Assembly: GCA_021613535.1 (NCBI GenBank)
Contig: CP075497.1
Location: forward strand, 5,332,001 to 5,396,000
Reading direction: 5' to 3'
Source: Adineta vaga
Taxonomy: Eukaryota > Animalia > Rotifera
DNA: 64,000 bases
Shown here in pieces: positions 59,014-64,000 of this stretch. A program made the position numbers and the translations under genes. The notes beneath the pieces were generated by a model. It was not told the DNA's origin, made no database searches, and was given only the letters and a program-made list of their open reading frames with translations. The stretch's first letter is position 1; each line of letters opens with the position of its first letter.

Positions 59014-59117
59014 TTTATCTAAAATATAGAAAATAAAAATGTTTCCGAAAGACCAAAATCACATTTCAAAACAAAAGAGATTCAAAAAAATGTATCAATT
59101 TCCGTTAATCTTGGTAC

Positions 59118-59203
59118 ACATTGTACAGAAACAATCCGATTAAAAACCACAACAGAACTAACTCTGAAGTCTTGAGTTATTTAATCTTCAATTACATCAA
59201 TGT
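59118..59203 (-). promoter_or_regulatory. Candidate SECIS element in the selenophosphate synthetase 3' UTR
   Basis: mRNA: ACAUUG-AUGUAAU-UGAA-GAUUAAAUAACU...CAGAG(UUAG)UUCUG...GGUUUUUAAUC-GGAU-UGUUUCUGUA-CAAUGU. Shows helix I, a UGAA/GGAU core, helix II and an apical mini-stem; folded by eye. Confidence 0.65.
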
Positions 59204-59325
59204 TATATATGTAAAACAAGAAAAACACAAAATTGAATGGAAAAACACATTTTTTCTCTCTCCTAACTCTTCTATGATAAATTTGATAAGAAATGCACCA
59301 CGCCAGTTCTACATTTCAAATCAAT

Positions 59326-60800
59326 CTACCATAATTCATTGTCTCTGTCTTGTGCTGGCACTTCAATAACTTGAGGATTGTCCGTAATTTTCGCTGTTCG
59401 ATCACCTTTCTCAACAACACCAATAATCCATGCTTGATATCCTTCTTGTGCTTGAATATCTTTACAATAGGCAGCAGCTTGATCATGTGGTAGAACTACC
59501 AATAAACCACCGGATGTTTCTGCACTAGTTCCTCGTAATAAACCAAATGCATTATTACAAGTTTTACTAATTGTTGCCATATGAGCAATAATTGGTAAAC
59601 TATGTATAACAAAAGATACTTCATTTTTCTGATATTTAGCTAAATTTTGAGCATGACCAAGTAGACCAAAGCCAGTGACATCAGTACAAGCATGAGCACC
59701 ATATTTATGCATCAATGATGCACCTAACATGAATGTATGAAGTTTTCATGTATGATTGATTCAATGAAAAAATTGTCTTACCTATTTTATTGAGTCTAGC
59801 CATGGAATTCATCGCACGTTGGTATGCTTTTTCAACATCATTTTCAGTTACTACAGATTTAATACGATCCCATCGATCTGGTTTTTCAAGCCATTGGTGA
59901 GCATTAACCGCAACCTTCATTAATATAACAATCGTGTACATATATATATTTCATTTAGATGAAAATTAAAACAAACTTGTGTTCCTAATGGTTTGGTTAA
60001 TACTAGAACATCACCAATCATGGCATTTTCTGGAATGATAACTTCATTTTGTTTACACACTGACGTAGCAACACCACCAACTATTAACCATGGATTCACT
60101 ACCGTCTGACCACCTTGTACAGTTGTACCGGCCTGTTCTGCACAATCCTTTAATACAAAAGCCATTTATAATTCATATTGGTTTCTTTGCGGTTCTCTTA
60201 CTTTAAATCCTTGCAATATCAATGGCATAATTATATCACGTTCTTTATCACTCATTTTATTACTTACACTTAATAACATTAACATATTATCTATTTCCAT
60301 AACACCCATTGCATAAATATCACTTAATACATTTGCACAAGCAATTTTTCCCTAATAATGAAATCTTTTTCATGGATGAGATTATTTTTATTTAAATAAT
60401 TACCATCACATATGGATCATCGACAAGTGGATAAAAGAAATCTGTTGATTGTACTAAAAACAATTCCCCGTGACGTAATGGAAGTACACAAGAATCAAGA
60501 CCAATACCTAGAAAAACAAGTGAACTTTGTTTGAGAACAAGTTTGTCTTCTTTCCGAATATCGAATGAACATACCAACCACCGGTTTTGGTTTAAGCTCT
60601 GGCGTGAGTACCGCATGGTTTGGTAGAGTTTGCCCGTCATTAGAACCGTTTTTATCGGTCGATTCAAGTCCCTCGAGCAGACGGTGCAACACATCTCGAG
60701 GAACTTTACAACCTCATCCTTTGAGATCCGAGATTTTCGTTAAACGAAAATCATTCGATAAATCATAATCCAACGGATTAAAAGCTTTTTTCGACATCAT
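59326..60800 (-). CDS. SEPHS2: Selenophosphate synthetase with in-frame UGA (selenocysteine), SPS2 type
   Basis: [36 protein letters not shown]; [77 protein letters not shown]. Multi-exon. Confidence 0.93.
60666..60706 (-). promoter_or_regulatory. Candidate selenocysteine redefinition element (hairpin 3' of the UGA)
   Basis: AAGUUCCUCGAG pairs with CUCGAGGGACUU (12 bp, one G-U), starting 7 nt after the UGA at 60714-60716. Confidence 0.7.
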
Positions 60801-60905
60801 TCAAATCTACAAGATCAAAAAAGAACGTGAAAATGAAGAACATTCAAACTGTACATGTAAAAAAAACGAAGGTAAACGACTGATCTTATCATTGGCACAC
60901 AACGA

Positions 60906-60930
60906 AAGAAGAAGAAGAAGAAGAAGAAGA
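60906..60930. repeat. (GAA)n microsatellite, (UUC)n on the transcribed strand of the RMND5-SPS2 spacer
   Basis: About eight gaa units. Confidence 0.8.
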
Positions 60931-61030
60931 AAAAAAGAATGTATTACAAGACAACAACCGGTTCAAATAAAAATAGCTATATAATGTGAGTTGAATTGAA
61001 AATTTTTAATTTTGCATACAACATCTATTT

Positions 61031-62310
61031 TTAAAAGAAAAGTTGTCGTGCATCTGCTGGACTTTGTTCTGAAACAAGAAGAAGATGAGTTTTCTTATTT
61101 TCTTGGAAAATATGTATGTAACTCACCTAAAGGACAGTACGGACATTTGAGTTTATTCTGTAGAGTTAATTTATTCAATGCATCTTTGGAGATAACATGA
61201 CCACAAACAAGTTTCATTGGTGGATTTTGATCTGTTGTTTGCTGTCGAAGAATAGGACAAGCAAAAACACTATGATATCGATGTTCTTGACCAACATCAA
61301 TTTCAATAGGTAATTCATCTTTTGATAGAATATGACACACTTGTGTATTCTGCATGGCATTAACAATACTAAACGAAAACAATATTTCGAAATCTGTTAT
61401 ATTCACAAACAGGTTTTTATTACCTCATTAGAGCTGGTAATGCTTGAAATCCTGTTTTCATAACGACATACAGTGGACTATCTTGTGCAAGTCCAACTTG
61501 TTGAAATGCTTGTTGCATAAATAACTCCAGTAGTTGTAGCCAAAGATGCGGTTCAAGTAAATATTTATAAGGTGATTTTGCTAGATCTCTTTGTGCAAAA
61601 ACTAATGCGCCCATTAATTCATTCACAGCTTGTTCACATAGTCCATTTGAAATGGAATATTGCCGTAAATTTGATAGATAGACTTTTGCTTGTTGAAAAT
61701 TTCCTGATTCTAATAATTGTACAAAACGCATTTTATGTAGATAGAATTCTAATAAACTTCCAGTTTTATTTAATTCATTGCGATTTCGTTGACACCAATC
61801 AAGTGCTGGTAAGAGATTTTTTTCACGTAGATTTTCCAGTATTAAATTAATTTCTTCTAAAAATTCTTTTTCCACATTGAATAATTCATTATCATTTAAA
61901 TTGGTTTCTTTAATTAATTGTTGAGCAATTGACATTCGTCCTTGTCGATAAAGATCTTCACAGATGATCATATAGATTAATTTCAATTTTTCGGGTTTAT
62001 CAAATAATTCAGAAATTGGAACATTACCGAAATCAGATTGAAAATATTTATCTATTGTTTTACCAATTTTGGAAATTGAACCATGTAAATCTTTATGTTT
62101 ATCACTGTATTTTTTTGCTAATGGTTTGATTGTATCACGTAGATCGATTTTTACATTTGGATCATCTGGTAATTTGGAAATAAGAGTTTGAATTTGTTCG
62201 ATAGATCTATCAAGATTTGTCTCAATGTCGTTGTAATATTCTTCGACAGATTCTATGGCTTTATCAACGTCTTTTTCCACAAGACTTAACATATTATTTG
62301 TCGTGGACAT
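61031..62310 (-). CDS. RMND5: RMND5 (GID2) CTLH-complex E3 ligase subunit
   Basis: [17 protein letters not shown], LisH/CTLH ([21 protein letters not shown]), degenerate [38 protein letters not shown]...KCPYCP, end [12 protein letters not shown]. Confidence 0.95.
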
Positions 62311-62712
62311 TCACGTTTGAATCAGTTCAGTTCAGTTAAGTACAGATAACAAGTCAGATTTCAATTACATGTAGAAATATCTAACCAATCAACATGTAAT
62401 CGCTAACGACCTCTATAGGAAATATAAAAAGTTGAAAAGTAGTTATGATAAATGAAAGCAAAATAATTTTTTCATAAAGAAAAGTGATTTCGATGGAAAA
62501 ATTTTGTTTTTATGAAAACAGCTTAATGTCTTTGTCTAAGCGGTATCTGTCATTCATTGTTGAAAGACAAAGAACAAAGAACTAATTTGTATTTGTAGTA
62601 ATAGGTGATACTTATGTTCTAATTGATGTAGATTAACAGTGTGACAAACTTATTTTGACTATTCTTTCTTTTGTAGATTGATTAATTGATTTATTCGTTC
62701 GAACAGGCCGAC

Positions 62713-63724
62713 ATGGAAATTAATAAAGAAATGTCGAGCCATACTGGTGATGAAAATAATGATAGTTACAATGAATATTTTCAATCACTTATACCTAGCA
62801 GTAGTCGTCTAGATTCTGGTTATTTAACATTTTCGTCTCCATGTACTACATCGCCATCTCGTCTGTCACCATCAAGTGTTATTTTACATCAACTTGATTC
62901 TCCAATATCTGAACATGATATTCAATCACCAATCAATGCTGCAAGACGAAAATTTGTTTCTACACTAGATTATGAGCATTATCGATCAACAAGAAAACAT
63001 TTCGATATATTAACACAAATACATCATCGTAATGCTTATCATCTTCTCAATAGTATTCTCAATAATTTATCAAATGATGATCTATTTCATTGTAAAACTG
63101 TTTGTCGTAAATGGTATACAATTTTAAAAGATCATTCTCGACGTAAACAAACAACGAATGTTAAACGTAATTTATTTCATATTAATAATAAAACTCAAAT
63201 GAGAAAAAGTAAATTAATCAATAAACCAATGCAAACAATAACAAATTTACTTGATACAAAACTGAATGTGCCATTAATTATTGAAACAACTACAAATGAT
63301 GAAAATATTCTTCCATCAACACCATCTCAACAAGTATTTACTTCATCACCAGATGATAATATTTGTCTTACAGCAAGTAAAATGACATTTCGTTATGGAT
63401 ATTTAAAATATTTACATGGACCAACAGTACCGAAACATTGTCCCATTTGTGCATATGTTTCTATTGTTGATATCAATGATCAACATGGGTATGTTTAAAA
63501 GATTGAATTGACGATTTATTCTGTTTCGTTATATTATTTCTAGTATTTGTACAAATCCATTTTGTCGAAATAGTTTTTGTCAATGTTGTTCTGGTCCTTA
63601 TCATCCATCTAGTCCATGTAAAACAACAACAGGTCCAATTAAATCGCCATGGCGTCAACGTCCTGCAGTTTCTCCTATATTTTCAAATAAAACACGAAGT
63701 AATCTCCGACGATTATTGATGTAA
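62713..63724 (+). CDS. Emi1/Emi2 (FBXO5/FBXO43, Rca1)-like APC/C inhibitor
   Basis: DSGYLT degron, F-box (LLNSILNNLSNDDL...VCRKW), zinc-binding region CPIC...CTNPFC...FCQCC...H...C across intron 63489-63543, tail RSNLRRLLM*. Confidence 0.82.
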
Positions 63725-64000
63725 TATCAACTTTATTTATTTATTTATTAATTTACATATTTATTTCATCTTAAACTCTCGTCTCTTATGAAATACTGGT
63801 CATGTTTTAGTTTCTTCATCATCATGGTTTCTCCTTTTTTTTTACTTAAGCTTATGTCAGATATCTTTTCGTTGGTTAAATATATGTATTTTATGTATAT
63901 AATATTGATGTCGAATGATCATTATTTTTCTCTGTATAAAAATGTCAACCTGTGGAATTCAATCTTGTCATATGTGTCTGTGTTGTTGTTCTTGTTGTTC

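Noticed and set aside
60714-60716. Selenophosphate synthetase as a pseudogene with a premature stop
   Set aside because: The only stop is a TGA exactly at the known Sec position; all other motifs and splice sites are intact and recoding signals are present.

Overview
AT-rich, gene-dense eukaryotic (metazoan) DNA with many ~50-70 bp GT-AG introns. The style and gene content best fit a bdelloid rotifer (inference only). About 22 protein-coding genes can be reconstructed. Recognisable ones are VWA8, ATP synthase subunit c, CMIP, an Asteroid/ASTE1 PIN nuclease, PCCA, erlin, a PINCH/LIMS-like protein, a METTL24-like protein, SMIM14, a smoothelin-type CH protein, a peptide GPCR, a Dlish-like SH3 protein, DGCR8/Pasha, BolA2, selenophosphate synthetase, RMND5 and an Emi1/Emi2-like F-box protein; several orphans remain. 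The most notable locus is 56.4-62.3 kb (minus strand). The selenophosphate synthetase has an in-frame UGA (K-G-U-G-C-K-V-P) missed by the ORF track, a 12-bp hairpin 7 nt after the UGA, and a SECIS-like element with a non-canonical UUGA core. It sits in a tight co-directional run RMND5-SPS2-BolA2-DGCR8 (gaps 124-312 bp, a splice acceptor just before each downstream ATG) that looks like a trans-spliced operon. Other leads: an orphan with five AKAP-type amphipathic helices, CTCF-like motifs upstream of several genes, a secreted bacterial-type Ig domain protein, and a TTAA-flanked piggyBac-like MITE. All gene models and RNA structures were derived by eye; no searches or folding programs were run.
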